Source: Escherichia coli
GTDB taxonomy: Bacteria; Pseudomonadota; Gammaproteobacteria; Enterobacterales; Enterobacteriaceae
Length of the DNA stretch: 64,000 nucleotides
Direction: 5' to 3' (one strand)
NCBI RefSeq assembly: GCF_003790525.1
Contig: NZ_CP033635.1
The position numbers and the translations under genes were made by a program. Of the stretch, positions 1 through 13,888 are shown piece after piece. A model generated the notes under the pieces. It did not search any database, was not told the origin of the DNA, and saw only the letters and a list, made by a program, of their open reading frames with translations. How positions within the stretch are numbered: the first letter of the stretch is position 1; each line of letters begins with the position of its first letter.

Positions 1-1
1 A

Positions 2-484
2 TTGATTGGTTCGCTCTCCGGCGCAGCACCGCCAGTGATCGGCTACTGTGCGGTAACCGGCGAGTTCGATAGCGGCGCAGCAATCCTGCTGGCTATCTTC
101 AGCCTGTGGCAGATGCCTCATTCTTATGCCATCGCCATTTTCCGCTTTAAGGATTATCAGGCCGCAAACATTCCGGTACTGCCGGTGGTGAAAGGCATTT
201 CGGTGGCGAAGAATCACATCACGCTGTATATCATCGCCTTTGCCGTTGCCACGCTGATGCTCTCTCTTGGCGGTTACGCTGGGTATAAATATCTGGTGGT
301 CGCCGCGGCGGTGAGCGTCTGGTGGTTAGGTATGGCCCTGCGCGGTTATAAAGTTGCTGATGATCGAATCTGGGCGCGCAAGCTGTTCGGCTTCTCTATC
401 ATCGCCATCACTGCCCTCTCGGTGATGATGTCCGTTGATTTTATGGTGCCGGACTCGCATACGCTGCTGGCTGCTGTGTGGTAA
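2..484 (+). CDS. cyoE: Protoheme IX farnesyltransferase (heme O synthase), C-terminal part; 5' end lies outside the window
   Basis: Translation is a polytopic membrane protein matching the CyoE C-terminus; stop TAA at 482-484 followed by a terminator hairpin. Confidence 0.9.
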
Positions 485-500
485 TACAACCTCTCTATAA

Positions 501-524
501 AAAAGGTGCTACGGCACCTTTTTT
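501..524 (+). terminator. Rho-independent terminator downstream of cyoE
   Basis: Seen in sequence: stem ggtgc (505-509) / gcacc (514-518), loop tacg, flanked by an A-run 5' and a T-run (519-524) 3'. Confidence 0.6.
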
Positions 525-537
525 ATTGTCTGAGATC

Positions 538-592
538 AGAGATACGGCTAATAACCGTATCTCTTGACAGAGTGAGCATATGCACATAAATT
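538..592 (+). promoter_or_regulatory. Putative sigma70 promoter with overlapping palindromic operator for the toxin-antitoxin operon
   Basis: Perfect 10-bp inverted repeat agagatacgg (538-547) / ccgtatctct (555-564) with 7-bp spacer, abutting a consensus TTGACA (564-569); 17-bp spacer; TAAATT (587-592). A second weaker acgg-N7-ccgt palindrome lies at 599-613. Confidence 0.4.
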
Positions 593-668
593 AATCACAC
601 GGTTGATAGCCGTATTATGCATGAGATCGACTCCCTACGATTTCATTCAGTTAATCAAAGAGGTCATA

Positions 669-980
669 ATGCCTGGAAAAACAGTCGCTCTACCCGATAT
701 CGATAAAACGCTGAAAAATGCGCGGGTTGAACTCAAAACCAGCCCCGACGCCAAAAACAAACTTCGTGAAGCTGCGCAAGCCGTTGGGGTAGATTTAAGC
801 GCTTTTATTTTGAGCGCAGCTATGGAACGCGCCGAAAGTGTGCTTGATAACCAACGTCGCCGTGAGCTTTCGAATCAAAGCTGGGAACTGATGAACCAAC
901 TCATCGCTGAACCTGCTCAACCGACGCTCGCCCTCAAGGCGTTAATGAAAAGGAAAAACAGCGATGGTCGACAAGCATGA
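669..980 (+). CDS. Type II antitoxin, ribbon-helix-helix DUF1778/TacA-like (partner of GNAT toxin)
   Basis: Small protein with the characteristic AFILSAAMERAE segment; ATG at 669 preceded by aagagg (658-663). The ORF track start at 603 is probably an over-extension. Overlaps the downstream toxin by 17 nt. Confidence 0.7.
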   Translation: MPGKTVALPDIDKTLKNARVELKTSPDAKNKLREAAQAVGVDLSAFILSAAMERAESVLDNQRRRELSNQSWELMNQLIAEPAQPTLALKALMKRKNSDGRQA

Positions 981-1506
981 AGAGATTACTCTGCCCATAG
1001 TCCTCTCCTGTAATTATCAGTCTGATATTACTTATCCTGGGCAAAAACAGTTTGATTGCGGTAACCCTGTTATCGATAAATTTGTACGCGCATCGCTAAA
1101 GAAAAGTGTGCGTAATAGCGACTGTGCTGCTAAAGCTCTTATTGACAGACAAAGTGGTGAACTGATTGGCATCTGTACTTTTACGGCATATTCGCTGGAA
1201 AAACAACGCGTTTCTGGCGTCCTTCAGGGTTCACAACCTTCAGAGATTGGTGTTGTCAGATTAGTCATGTTAGGGGTAGCGCGGAAATATCAAAAGCGGG
1301 GCTTTGGTCAGGACCTACTATGTGATTTTTTTGAACATGTAAAAATAATTCACCGGGCATTACCAATTAAAGGGGTTTATCTTGATGCTGACCCTGCCGC
1401 CATTAACTTTTATACTCGCCTCGGCTTTGTTCAGCTTTCAGCGAGGCCCAATGTTTTCGGTGCTGTACCGATGTTTTTAGCGATTCAGCATATTCTCGCG
1501 GCTTAG
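964..1506 (+). CDS. GNAT-family acetyltransferase toxin (TacT/AtaT/ItaT-like, tRNA-acetylating type)
   Basis: 180 aa with the QFDCG motif typical of GNAT toxins, an acetyl-CoA binding signature (QKRGFGQ) and C-terminal FYTRLGF; translationally coupled to the upstream antitoxin. Confidence 0.7.
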   Translation: MVDKHEEITLPIVLSCNYQSDITYPGQKQFDCGNPVIDKFVRASLKKSVRNSDCAAKALIDRQSGELIGICTFTAYSLEKQRVSGVLQGSQPSEIGVVRLVMLGVARKYQKRGFGQDLLCDFFEHVKIIHRALPIKGVYLDADPAAINFYTRLGFVQLSARPNVFGAVPMFLAIQHILAA

Positions 1507-1561
1507 ATTATTATCGCCTCCGGCCAGGGCTAGTTTTGCCTCAGCCGGGGACTGAGCAGCG

Positions 1562-2497
1562 TTACCACTTTTGTTCAATTGCCCCCGCTTTCAGCAACTC
1601 CACATCCTTGCCGTTAATGGTTGCCGTTGCGGCAACGATTGTGGTCCTTACAGTTGCACAAGATTTTCGCTCAAATTCCGGTTTATAAAGAATTAGAGAC
1701 GAATTACTGGTAAATGAATCAAATATGTAATCAGTAAAGCTAATATTCAGCCGGTTTAAACCGAAAGGCGCGAAGCCAACCGTTTGGTTAATCTCCTTAC
1801 CGGATGGGCTACGAATGCTGAATGTCACGCGAAGATTGGCCACTTCGCCTAATTTATTGGTGGTGGCGAAGAGGCTATCCATGCAGGAAAAACCTTTATC
1901 TAAAAAATTATCCCGCATCCCAGAACGGGTAACCGTGATCACGGGTAACGTATCGTCAACCGTTTTTCTGTCAATCATGTCTTTTCGACATGTAGCCAGA
2001 AAGTCTTCCGGACCACCATAAATGTGGACACCTTTATCAAGATATTCCTTCGCTTTCTTACAATCTACCTCAACATACTGACCATTGGCGTACATCATGC
2101 CCAACCTGGACCATGCTAAATTCACACCGTATTGCGCGGCCTGATTAAATAGTGCATACGCTTTGGCATAATCCACCCGCACCAGCTCACCGTCGTAGTA
2201 GATACTCCCCAGCGCTAACGGAGCTTCTCTATCACCGTGTTTAGCGGCTAACTCAAACCATTTAATCGCTTCCTGAACATCAGGTTTGGTATCAAAGCGA
2301 GGCTGATAATATTCCCAGCCTAACAGGCTCTGCGCGTCGACATCTCCCAATTCAGCCATTTTATGCAGTCTATTTATAACATCGGGCGCAGGTTGACCAC
2401 CGTATATGCTGTCATACAATTCATGCGCTTTCTCGCTTGCCACCACGCATGGTGAAACTATTAGCATTAAAGAAAATAATATTCTTTTAGTTAACAT
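1562..2497 (-). CDS. Secreted Sel1-repeat (TPR-like) protein with an uncharacterised C-terminal domain
   Basis: Start chosen at ATG 2497 (aaagg Shine-Dalgarno upstream), giving MLTKRILFSLMLIVSPCVVA as a signal peptide. Several Sel1-like repeats (LGW, LALGSIYYDG, LAWSRLGMMYANG) are followed by a ~140-aa region with no recognised motif. Confidence 0.65.
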   Translation of the reverse strand: MLTKRILFSLMLIVSPCVVASEKAHELYDSIYGGQPAPDVINRLHKMAELGDVDAQSLLGWEYYQPRFDTKPDVQEAIKWFELAAKHGDREAPLALGSIYYDGELVRVDYAKAYALFNQAAQYGVNLAWSRLGMMYANGQYVEVDCKKAKEYLDKGVHIYGGPEDFLATCRKDMIDRKTVDDTLPVITVTRSGMRDNFLDKGFSCMDSLFATTNKLGEVANLRVTFSIRSPSGKEINQTVGFAPFGLNRLNISFTDYIFDSFTSNSSLILYKPEFERKSCATVRTTIVAATATINGKDVELLKAGAIEQKW

Positions 2498-2903
2498 GTA
2501 TACCTTTATGTTCTCTCTGTCATATATTTCCATAATAATTAACCACCAAACATCCATTTAATGAATAAATACAGTACCATAAAGGCCCAAGTAATAAGCA
2601 CACATTTAACCTGAAACATTATCATCGATGTCACCAAATCGTTTATTTAGTGAGATAAAAATAGCATGTTCGCAAGATAAAAAATGCACATAGCAATCAA
2701 GAAATAATATTATTACTTTTGATGTAAAACTATTTAGCTTTAAGAATAATTTTTTCAACATATAGAGCATTCATTTTATGAATGCAAAATAAACATACCT
2801 GACACACAAACTATTCTCCTCTGTAATATTTTCTCATTAACACTCTGTTTACCCAACATGCGCTCCGCACTACACTATGTGGGCATTTTTTTAAGAGGTG
2901 GTA

Positions 2904-4268
2904 ATGAACGATTATAAAATGACGCCAGGTGAGCGGCGCGCGACCTGGGGTTTAGGCACCGTTTTCTCGTTGCGCATGCTGGGCATGTTCATGGTTCTGC
3001 CGGTTCTGACCACGTACGGCATGGCTCTGCAAGGTGCCAGCGAAGCATTAATCGGTATTGCCATTGGTATTTATGGTCTGACTCAGGCCGTTTTTCAGAT
3101 TCCGTTTGGCCTGCTTTCAGACCGCATTGGTCGCAAACCATTAATTGTCGGTGGGCTGGCGGTGTTTGCCGCCGGTAGCGTTATCGCTGCGCTCTCTGAC
3201 TCCATCTGGGGAATTATTCTGGGCCGGGCGCTACAAGGCTCCGGTGCGATTGCCGCTGCCGTTATGGCGCTGCTTTCCGATCTTACGCGCGAACAAAACC
3301 GCACCAAAGCGATGGCGTTTATCGGCGTGAGCTTTGGCATTACCTTTGCCATTGCGATGGTGCTTGGCCCGATCATCACTCACAAACTTGGGCTGCACGC
3401 GCTGTTCTGGATGATCGCTATTCTGGCAACAACCGGCATTGCGTTGACCATTTGGGTTGTGCCCAACAGTAGCACTCACGTACTTAATCGTGAGTCCGGA
3501 ATGGTGAAAGGCAGTTTCAGTAAAGTGCTGGCGGAACCGCGGTTGCTGAAACTCAACTTTGGCATTATGTGTCTACACATGCTTCTGATGTCTACGTTTG
3601 TTGCCCTGCCCGGACAGCTGGCTGATGCGGGGTTCCCGGCGGCTGAACACTGGAAGGTCTATCTGGCGACGATGCTAATCGCCTTTGGCTCGGTCGTGCC
3701 TTTCATTATCTACGCTGAAGTTAAGCGCAAAATGAAGCAAGTCTTTGTCTTCTGCGTCGGATTGATCGTGGTTGCGGAAATTGTGTTGTGGAACGCACAA
3801 ACGCAGTTCTGGCAACTGGTGGTCGGCGTGCAGCTTTTCTTTGTAGCGTTTAATTTGATGGAAGCCCTTCTGCCTTCACTTATCAGTAAAGAGTCGCCTG
3901 CAGGTTACAAAGGTACGGCGATGGGTGTTTACTCCACCAGCCAGTTTCTTGGCGTGGCGATTGGCGGTTCGCTGGGCGGCTGGATTGACGGCATGTTTGA
4001 CGGTCAGGGCGTATTTCTCGCTGGCGCAATGCTGGCCGCAGTGTGGCTGGCAGTCGCCAGTACCATGAAAGAACCGCCGTATGTCAGCAGCTTGCGCATT
4101 GAAATCCCGGCGGACATTGCCGCAAACGAAGCGTTAAAAGTACGTTTGCTGGAAACTGAAGGCGTCAAAGAAGTGTTGATTGCAGAAGAAGAACATTCAG
4201 CGTATGTGAAAATCGACAGCAAAGTGACGAATCGCTTTGAGGTTGAACAGGCAATTCGCCAGGCATAA
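2904..4268 (+). CDS. yajR: MFS-family inner membrane transporter YajR
   Basis: MNDYKMTPGERRATWGLG N-terminus, 12-TM MFS core plus C-terminal soluble domain; ATG at 2904 with aagagg upstream. Confidence 0.9.
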   Translation: MNDYKMTPGERRATWGLGTVFSLRMLGMFMVLPVLTTYGMALQGASEALIGIAIGIYGLTQAVFQIPFGLLSDRIGRKPLIVGGLAVFAAGSVIAALSDSIWGIILGRALQGSGAIAAAVMALLSDLTREQNRTKAMAFIGVSFGITFAIAMVLGPIITHKLGLHALFWMIAILATTGIALTIWVVPNSSTHVLNRESGMVKGSFSKVLAEPRLLKLNFGIMCLHMLLMSTFVALPGQLADAGFPAAEHWKVYLATMLIAFGSVVPFIIYAEVKRKMKQVFVFCVGLIVVAEIVLWNAQTQFWQLVVGVQLFFVAFNLMEALLPSLISKESPAGYKGTAMGVYSTSQFLGVAIGGSLGGWIDGMFDGQGVFLAGAMLAAVWLAVASTMKEPPYVSSLRIEIPADIAANEALKVRLLETEGVKEVLIAEEEHSAYVKIDSKVTNRFEVEQAIRQA

Positions 4269-4305
4269 AAGCGAGGCGAAATTGCCTGCTGCGCTACGCT
4301 TACCA

Positions 4306-4343
4306 GGCCTACAAAGTTCCTGAGTTATAAACCTTTGTAGGCC
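4306..4343. repeat. Inverted repeat between convergent yajR and yajQ (REP-like palindrome / bidirectional terminator)
   Basis: Seen in sequence: ggcctacaaag (4306-4316) and ctttgtaggcc (4333-4343) are perfect reverse complements. Confidence 0.45.
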
Positions 4344-4395
4344 AAATCAGGCGTTCATGCCGCATCTGACATGAACAAAGCGCAGGTTGTCGCGA

Positions 4396-4887
4396 TTAAT
4401 CGCGGAAGTTTTTGAACTGGAACGGCTGACCGAGATCGCCCCCACGTACCATCGCCATAACAGCCTGCAAATCATCACGAGATTTACCCGTTACACGGAT
4501 CTCATCGCCCTGAATTTGCGCCTGCACTTTCAGTTTGCTGTCTTTAATCATCTTGACGATTTTCTTCTGGGTCGCGCTCTCAATGCCCTGTTTCAGTTTC
4601 GCTTCCACAAACCAGGTTTTACCGCTATGAACGATATTTTCCGGTACATCCAGTGAACTGCCTTCAATGCCGCGCTTCAGCAGCTTGGCACGCAGAATAT
4701 CCAGCAACTGATTGACCTGGAAATCGGACTCGCTCAACACTTTGATGGTTTTGCTGGCGTCGTTCAGCTCAAATGAGGCTTCAACATTACGGAAGTCAAA
4801 ACGGGACTCCACTTCGCGGCTCGCGTTATCGACCGCGTTACGTGCTTCCTGAAGATCAACTTCAGAGACAATATCGAAAGATGGCAT
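4396..4887 (-). CDS. yajQ: Nucleotide-binding protein YajQ (UPF0234)
   Basis: [19 protein letters not shown]... matches YajQ; start at ATG 4887 rather than the track start at 5055. Confidence 0.9.
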
Positions 4888-5054
4888 CTTTTCCTCTCCC
4901 TTCATTTTTGATGCGAAGCATAATACCTGCAAAGTTAAATAACCAACAGTCCTGCACCAGGACGTATCCCTTAATTGTGCATAGTCGCAACAGCATGCAC
5001 AATTAAGAGATAGCCTTATTGAACACCCGGAGTGGTTGCGGGTGAGGAGGAACA

Positions 5055-6519
<1,465 letters not shown>

Positions 6520-6533
6520 TGTCGGATGCGGTA

Positions 6534-6561
6534 AACGTCGCATCTGACCAGATGCGACGTT
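6534..6561. repeat. Perfect 13-bp inverted repeat between convergent yajL and thiI (REP-like / bidirectional terminator)
   Basis: Seen in sequence: aacgtcgcatctg (6534-6546), 2-nt spacer, cagatgcgacgtt (6549-6561). Confidence 0.5.
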
Positions 6562-6572
6562 ACAACCACATA

Positions 6573-8021
6573 TTACGGGCGATACACCTTCACATTGTTA
6601 AAGCCCTGCTCGCGCAGATAGAGCGCCTGCAGGCGGCTCATCACCCCGCGCTCACACCACAACAGCCAGGTTTTGCTCTGGTCGAGATCGCCAAATTTGG
6701 TGCTCAGTTTATAGAACGGCAGAGAAACCACATCAATCCCTTCGACTTTCAGTGGCTTATCTTCCTGTTCATCGATAGAACGGATATCGAGGATCACGTC
6801 GTTCGGGCCGAAGCCATTGACGGTTTCCACTTCCACCACTTCCTGCTCGGTCTGCTGGGCGATTTCGCGGATATCAACGTTATTCGCTTCCTCAACCACT
6901 TTATCGAGAATGCTGAAGTCAAACTTCTCTTCTTCCGCTTCAATCTTCGATTTAACCGCTTTCACCGTCGGGCTTTTGGAAATCACGCCGCAATATTCCG
7001 GCATCGTGCGGGCAAAGTCTTCGGTGCCAATCTGGCGAGCCAGGTTGATGATGTGCTCTTTGTCGTAAGAGATCAGCGGACGCAGGATCAACGTATCGGA
7101 GACGTTATCAATCAGGCGCAGGTTGGTCAGCGTCTGGCTGGACACCTGGCCGAGCGCTTCACCGGTAACCAGCGCCTGAACGCCGTAACGTTCTGCCACT
7201 TTGGACGCGGCACGCACCATCATACGTTTGAGGATAACGCCCATCTGACCGTCGTCGATTTTCTCGAGAATTTCCCCGACGACCGGTTCGAAATTAATAG
7301 CGACAAAACGCACGCGGTGGGAGCTGCCAAAGCGGTTCCACAGATAATGCGCTACCTGACGCACGCCAATTTCATGCGCCGCGCCGCCAAGGTTAAAGAA
7401 GCAGTAATGCACACGACATCCGCGACGCATCAACATATAACTGGAAACGCCGGAGTCGAAACCACCAGAAATGAGCGACAGCACATCTTCCTGGGTACCA
7501 ATCGGGAAACCGCCAATACCTTCGTAGCGGCCTTTAATCAGCAGAAGACGATCGTCTTCCACTTCCAGATGGACAGTCACATCCGGATTGGTCAACTTCA
7601 CGCGCGCGGATTCAATATGCTGATTTAAACCGCCGCCGACGTAACGCTCCACATCAATCGAGCTAAAATCATGTTTGCCACGGCGCTTCACGCGCACGCA
7701 GAAGGTTTTGCCTTCCAACTGATCGCGATACTGAACCAACGCTTTCTCGAAAATATCGTGCATGTCGGTAAACGGCACGTCTTCGACTTCGAGAATATGG
7801 TGGATACCCGGAATACGGGTCAAGGCGTCGCGAATGGCCAGACGCTGGTTTTCATCTTTTGCGCGAACTTCGATGTTATCCCAGTGGCGGACGACAGCGA
7901 GCGTCTCATCATAGTGCTTTAAAACGTTACGAATGTTCCCGGTAAGGATTTTTATAAAGCGCAAGCGCACAGATTGGCTTTTGATGGTGATTTCCGGGAA
8001 CAATTTAATGATAAACTTCAT
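6573..8021 (-). CDS. thiI: tRNA 4-thiouridine synthase / thiazole sulfur transfer protein ThiI
   Basis: 482 aa with THUMP domain, PP-loop and C-terminal rhodanese domain; [20 protein letters not shown]-terminus. Confidence 0.93.
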   Translation of the reverse strand: MKFIIKLFPEITIKSQSVRLRFIKILTGNIRNVLKHYDETLAVVRHWDNIEVRAKDENQRLAIRDALTRIPGIHHILEVEDVPFTDMHDIFEKALVQYRDQLEGKTFCVRVKRRGKHDFSSIDVERYVGGGLNQHIESARVKLTNPDVTVHLEVEDDRLLLIKGRYEGIGGFPIGTQEDVLSLISGGFDSGVSSYMLMRRGCRVHYCFFNLGGAAHEIGVRQVAHYLWNRFGSSHRVRFVAINFEPVVGEILEKIDDGQMGVILKRMMVRAASKVAERYGVQALVTGEALGQVSSQTLTNLRLIDNVSDTLILRPLISYDKEHIINLARQIGTEDFARTMPEYCGVISKSPTVKAVKSKIEAEEEKFDFSILDKVVEEANNVDIREIAQQTEQEVVEVETVNGFGPNDVILDIRSIDEQEDKPLKVEGIDVVSLPFYKLSTKFGDLDQSKTWLLWCERGVMSRLQALYLREQGFNNVKVYRP

Positions 8022-8226
8022 GGCGGCAATGGTTCGTTGGCAAGCCTTAAGCGACTTGTATAGGGAAAAATACAGCAGCCCACACCTGCGGCTGCATCCA
8101 GGCGCGGAAGTATACCACTAACATCGCTTTGCTGCGCACATCACCTTACCATTGCGCGTTATTTGCTATTTGCCCTGAGTCCGTTACCATGACGGGGCGA
8201 AAAATATTGAGAGTCAGACATTCATT

Positions 8227-8469
8227 ATGCCGAAGAAAAATGAGGCGCCCGCCAGCTTTGAAAAGGCGCTGAGCGAGCTGGAACAGATTGTAACCCGTCT
8301 GGAAAGTGGCGACCTGCCGCTGGAAGAGGCGCTGAACGAGTTCGAACGCGGCGTGCAACTGGCACGTCAGGGGCAGGCCAAATTACAACAAGCCGAACAG
8401 CGCGTGCAAATTCTGCTGTCTGACAATGAAGACGCCTCTCTAACCCCTTTTACACCGGACAATGAGTAA
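8227..8469 (+). CDS. xseB: Exodeoxyribonuclease VII small subunit
   Basis: 80 aa, [22 protein letters not shown]... Confidence 0.92.
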
Positions 8470-9368
8470 TGGACTTTCCGCAGCAACTCGAAGCCTGCGT
8501 TAAGCAGGCCAACCAGGCGCTGAGCCGTTTTATCGCCCCACTGCCCTTTCAGAACACTCCCGTGGTCGAAACCATGCAGTATGGCGCATTATTAGGTGGT
8601 AAGCGCCTGCGACCTTTCCTGGTTTATGCCACTGGTCATATGTTCGGCGTTAGCACAAACACACTGGACGCACCCGCTGCCGCCGTAGAGTGTATCCACG
8701 CTTACTCATTAATTCATGATGATTTACCGGCGATGGATGATGACGATCTGCGTCGCGGTTTGCCGACCTGCCATGTGAAGTTTGGCGAAGCAAACGCGAT
8801 TCTCGCTGGTGACGCTTTACAAACGCTGGCGTTCTCGATTCTAAGCGATGCCGATATGCCGGAAGTGTCAGATCGCGACAGAATTTCGATGATTTCTGAG
8901 CTGGCGAGCGCCAGCGGTATTGCCGGAATGTGCGGTGGTCAGGCATTAGATTTAGACGCTGAAGGCAAACACGTACCTCTGGACGCGCTTGAGCGTATTC
9001 ATCGTCATAAAACCGGCGCATTGATTCGCGCCGCCGTTCGCCTTGGTGCATTAAGCGCCGGAGATAAAGGACGTCGTGCTCTGCCAGTACTCGACAAGTA
9101 CGCAGAGAGCATCGGCCTTGCCTTCCAGGTTCAGGATGACATCCTGGATGTGGTAGGAGATACTGCAACGTTGGGAAAACGCCAGGGTGCTGACCAGCAA
9201 CTTGGTAAAAGTACCTACCCTGCACTTCTGGGTCTTGAGCAAGCCCGGAAGAAAGCCCGGGATCTGATCGACGATGCCCGTCAGTCGCTGAAACAACTGG
9301 CTGAACAGTCACTCGATACCTCGGCACTGGAAGCGCTAGCGGACTACATCATCCAGCGTAATAAATAA
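8469..9368 (+). CDS. ispA: Farnesyl diphosphate synthase
   Basis: 299 aa with the two aspartate-rich motifs (IHDDLPAMDDDD and QVQDDILD); start overlaps the xseB stop. Confidence 0.93.
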   Translation: MDFPQQLEACVKQANQALSRFIAPLPFQNTPVVETMQYGALLGGKRLRPFLVYATGHMFGVSTNTLDAPAAAVECIHAYSLIHDDLPAMDDDDLRRGLPTCHVKFGEANAILAGDALQTLAFSILSDADMPEVSDRDRISMISELASASGIAGMCGGQALDLDAEGKHVPLDALERIHRHKTGALIRAAVRLGALSAGDKGRRALPVLDKYAESIGLAFQVQDDILDVVGDTATLGKRQGADQQLGKSTYPALLGLEQARKKARDLIDDARQSLKQLAEQSLDTSALEALADYIIQRNK

Positions 9369-9392
9369 ACAATAAGTATTAATAGGCCCCTG

Positions 9393-11255
<1,863 letters not shown>

Positions 11256-11309
11256 TCCCTACTCCACTCCTGCTATGCTTAAGAAATTATTCATGGCAGG
11301 AGTGGCAGC

Positions 11310-12284
11310 ATGCAATACAACCCCTTAGGAAAAACCGACCTTCGCGTTTCCCGACTTTGCCTCGGCTGTATGACCTTTGGCGAGCCAGATCGCGGTAATC
11401 ACGCATGGACACTGCCGGAAGAAAGCAGCCGTCCCATCATTAAACGCGCGCTGGAAGGCGGCATAAATTTCTTTGATACCGCCAATAGCTATTCCGATGG
11501 CAGCAGCGAAGAGATCGTCGGTCGCGCACTGCGGGATTTCGCCCGTCGTGAAGACGTGGTCGTTGCGACCAAAGTGTTCCATCGCGTTGGTGATTTACCG
11601 GAAGGATTATCCCGTGCACAAATTTTGCGCTCTATCGACGACAGCCTGCGCCGTCTCGGCATGGATTATGTCGATATCCTGCAAATTCATCGCTGGGATT
11701 ACAACACGCCGATCGAAGAGACGCTGGAAGCCCTCAACGACGTGGTAAAAGCCGGGAAAGCGCGTTATATCGGCGCGTCATCCATGCACGCTTCGCAGTT
11801 TGCTCAAGCACTGGAACTACAAAAACAGCACGGCTGGGCGCAGTTTGTCAGTATGCAGGATCACTACAATCTGATTTATCGTGAAGAAGAGCGCGAGATG
11901 CTGCCGCTGTGTTATCAGGAAGGCGTGGCGGTGATTCCATGGAGCCCGCTGGCGCGGGGCCGTCTGACGCGTCCTTGGGGAGAAACCACCGCACGGCTGG
12001 TGTCGGATGAAGTGGGGAAAAATCTCTACCAAGAAAGCGATGAAAATGACGCACAAATTGCAGAACGCTTAACGGGCGTCAGTGAAGAACTTGGTGCAAC
12101 ACGAGCACAAGTTGCGCTGGCCTGGTTGTTGAGTAAACCGGGCATTGCCGCACCGATTATCGGAACTTCGCGGGAAGAACAGCTTGATGAGCTGCTGAAC
12201 GCGGTGGATATCACTTTAAAGCCGGAACAGATTGCTGAACTGGAAACGCCGTATAAACCGCATCCGGTAGTAGGATTTAAATAG
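11310..12284 (+). CDS. yajO: Aldo-keto reductase YajO
   Basis: 324 aa aldo/keto reductase fold, MQYNPLGKTDLRVSRLCLGCMTFG. Confidence 0.9.
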   Translation: MQYNPLGKTDLRVSRLCLGCMTFGEPDRGNHAWTLPEESSRPIIKRALEGGINFFDTANSYSDGSSEEIVGRALRDFARREDVVVATKVFHRVGDLPEGLSRAQILRSIDDSLRRLGMDYVDILQIHRWDYNTPIEETLEALNDVVKAGKARYIGASSMHASQFAQALELQKQHGWAQFVSMQDHYNLIYREEEREMLPLCYQEGVAVIPWSPLARGRLTRPWGETTARLVSDEVGKNLYQESDENDAQIAERLTGVSEELGATRAQVALAWLLSKPGIAAPIIGTSREEQLDELLNAVDITLKPEQIAELETPYKPHPVVGFK

Positions 12285-12291
12285 GTATGCA

Positions 12292-12326
12292 GGCCTGATG
12301 AGACGTGACAAGCGTCACATCAGGCA
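12292..12326. repeat. REP-type palindromic element between yajO and pgpA
   Basis: gcctgatg...catcaggc inverted repeat (12293-12300 / 12318-12325) with an internal gacgtgac / gtcac palindrome. Confidence 0.5.
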
Positions 12327-12337
12327 TCGGTGCACAA

Positions 12338-12856
12338 CTACGACAGAATACCCAGCGGCCAGTGATGTCCAATAAAGTACAGGATGCCTGCGGAAATCAC
12401 CCCGGCGACAATATCGTCAATCATGATCCCCATGCCGCCATGTACATTGCGATCAAACCAACGGATCGGCCACGGCTTCCACATATCCAGAATACGGAAA
12501 ATCACAAACCCGGCGGCAACCCACTGCCAGTCATTGGTCGGCAGCGCCATGAGCGTGATCCACATACCGATAAATTCGTCCCAGACAATGCTGCCGTGAT
12601 CGTGCACACCCATGTCTTTCGCCGTTTGATGACAAAGATACACGCCGATACAGATCCCCAGCATCACCACCAGCGAATAGAGCTGCCAGGGCAAAAAAGT
12701 CATCAGATACCAGAACGGAATCGCTGCCAGCGATCCCATCGTGCCAGGAACGATTGGGCTTAATCCACTTCCGAATCCGACAGCAAGCAGATGCCACGGA
12801 TTACTCATCTTCAGGCGACTTTTCGCGACATCTTTATGGCGTGGCAAAATGGTCAT
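12338..12856 (-). CDS. pgpA: Phosphatidylglycerophosphatase A
   Basis: 172 aa membrane protein matching PgpA. Confidence 0.9.
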   Translation of the reverse strand: MTILPRHKDVAKSRLKMSNPWHLLAVGFGSGLSPIVPGTMGSLAAIPFWYLMTFLPWQLYSLVVMLGICIGVYLCHQTAKDMGVHDHGSIVWDEFIGMWITLMALPTNDWQWVAAGFVIFRILDMWKPWPIRWFDRNVHGGMGIMIDDIVAGVISAGILYFIGHHWPLGILS

Positions 12857-13811
12857 ATCCTTTCCAGTCTAACGTGACAGGTTCGCCGTCACGAATAAAA
12901 CAAAGCCCTTCGATATCGGCGGTCATTTGCCCGATACAGGTAAACGGTACGCCCAGGTGTCCGAGAGCCACATCCAGCGCGCCACGGTTCAGTTCCGGCA
13001 CAGTGAAACACAACTCGTAATCTTCACCGCCAGAGAGCGCCCAGCGCAACGCCTGTTCAGGTTCAACATGGCGAGAAAGCGCATCAGAAAACGGCAGCAA
13101 TGCCAGGTCAATACGTGCGCCGCAGTCGCTGGCTTTCACGATATGCCCGAGATCGGAAATCAGACCGTCAGAGAGATCGATAGCTGAATTTGCCAGATCG
13201 CGCAGTGCCTGCCCCTGTAAAATACGCGGCGATGGACGGAGATGACGTTTGATCAAGTAGTCCGCATCTTTAGCATCGGCAACCTGCAAACGGTTTTGCA
13301 AAATCGCCAGCCCGGCGGCGCTATCGCCCGGTGTACCGGTCACATAGATCCAGTCACCCGGTTTCGCCCCAGCGCGCGTTAAGGCTCGTCCCATCGGAAC
13401 AAAGCCGTGGATACCCAGCGTCATTGATAATGGCCCACGCGTGGTATCGCCGCCAATGAGTTGCATATCGTAATAATTGAGAAGATCAAACAAACTGTCG
13501 CTGAAGGACTCAAGCCACGCTTCGTCGACGTCCGGTAAGGTTAATGCCAGCGTCAGCCAGGCTGGATCGGCCCCCATCGCTGCCAGATCGCTTAGGTTCA
13601 CCGCCAGTGCTTTATACGCCAGATCAGCAGGATCGATATCAGGGAGGAAGTGGTTGCCCGCCACCAGCGTATCAGTGCTGATCGCCAGGGTCTGCTTCTC
13701 GGGGATATTGAGAAGTGCGCAATCGTCGCCGATGCCCAGTTCGACATCAAGACGAGAACTTCTTACACGGTCAAAATAACGGGCAATCAGGGAGAACTCG
13801 CCACATGCCAT
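12834..13811 (-). CDS. thiL: Thiamine-monophosphate kinase
   Basis: 325 aa, [15 protein letters not shown]..., AIR-synthase-like fold. Confidence 0.92.
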   Translation of the reverse strand: MACGEFSLIARYFDRVRSSRLDVELGIGDDCALLNIPEKQTLAISTDTLVAGNHFLPDIDPADLAYKALAVNLSDLAAMGADPAWLTLALTLPDVDEAWLESFSDSLFDLLNYYDMQLIGGDTTRGPLSMTLGIHGFVPMGRALTRAGAKPGDWIYVTGTPGDSAAGLAILQNRLQVADAKDADYLIKRHLRPSPRILQGQALRDLANSAIDLSDGLISDLGHIVKASDCGARIDLALLPFSDALSRHVEPEQALRWALSGGEDYELCFTVPELNRGALDVALGHLGVPFTCIGQMTADIEGLCFIRDGEPVTLDWKGYDHFATP

Positions 13812-13888
13812 ACGTTATGCCTCAGCAGGTAAAAAAGAAAAGGCCGGCGATCGCGGAACGGTCTTCCGTGAATCTACCGGCCTGGATA

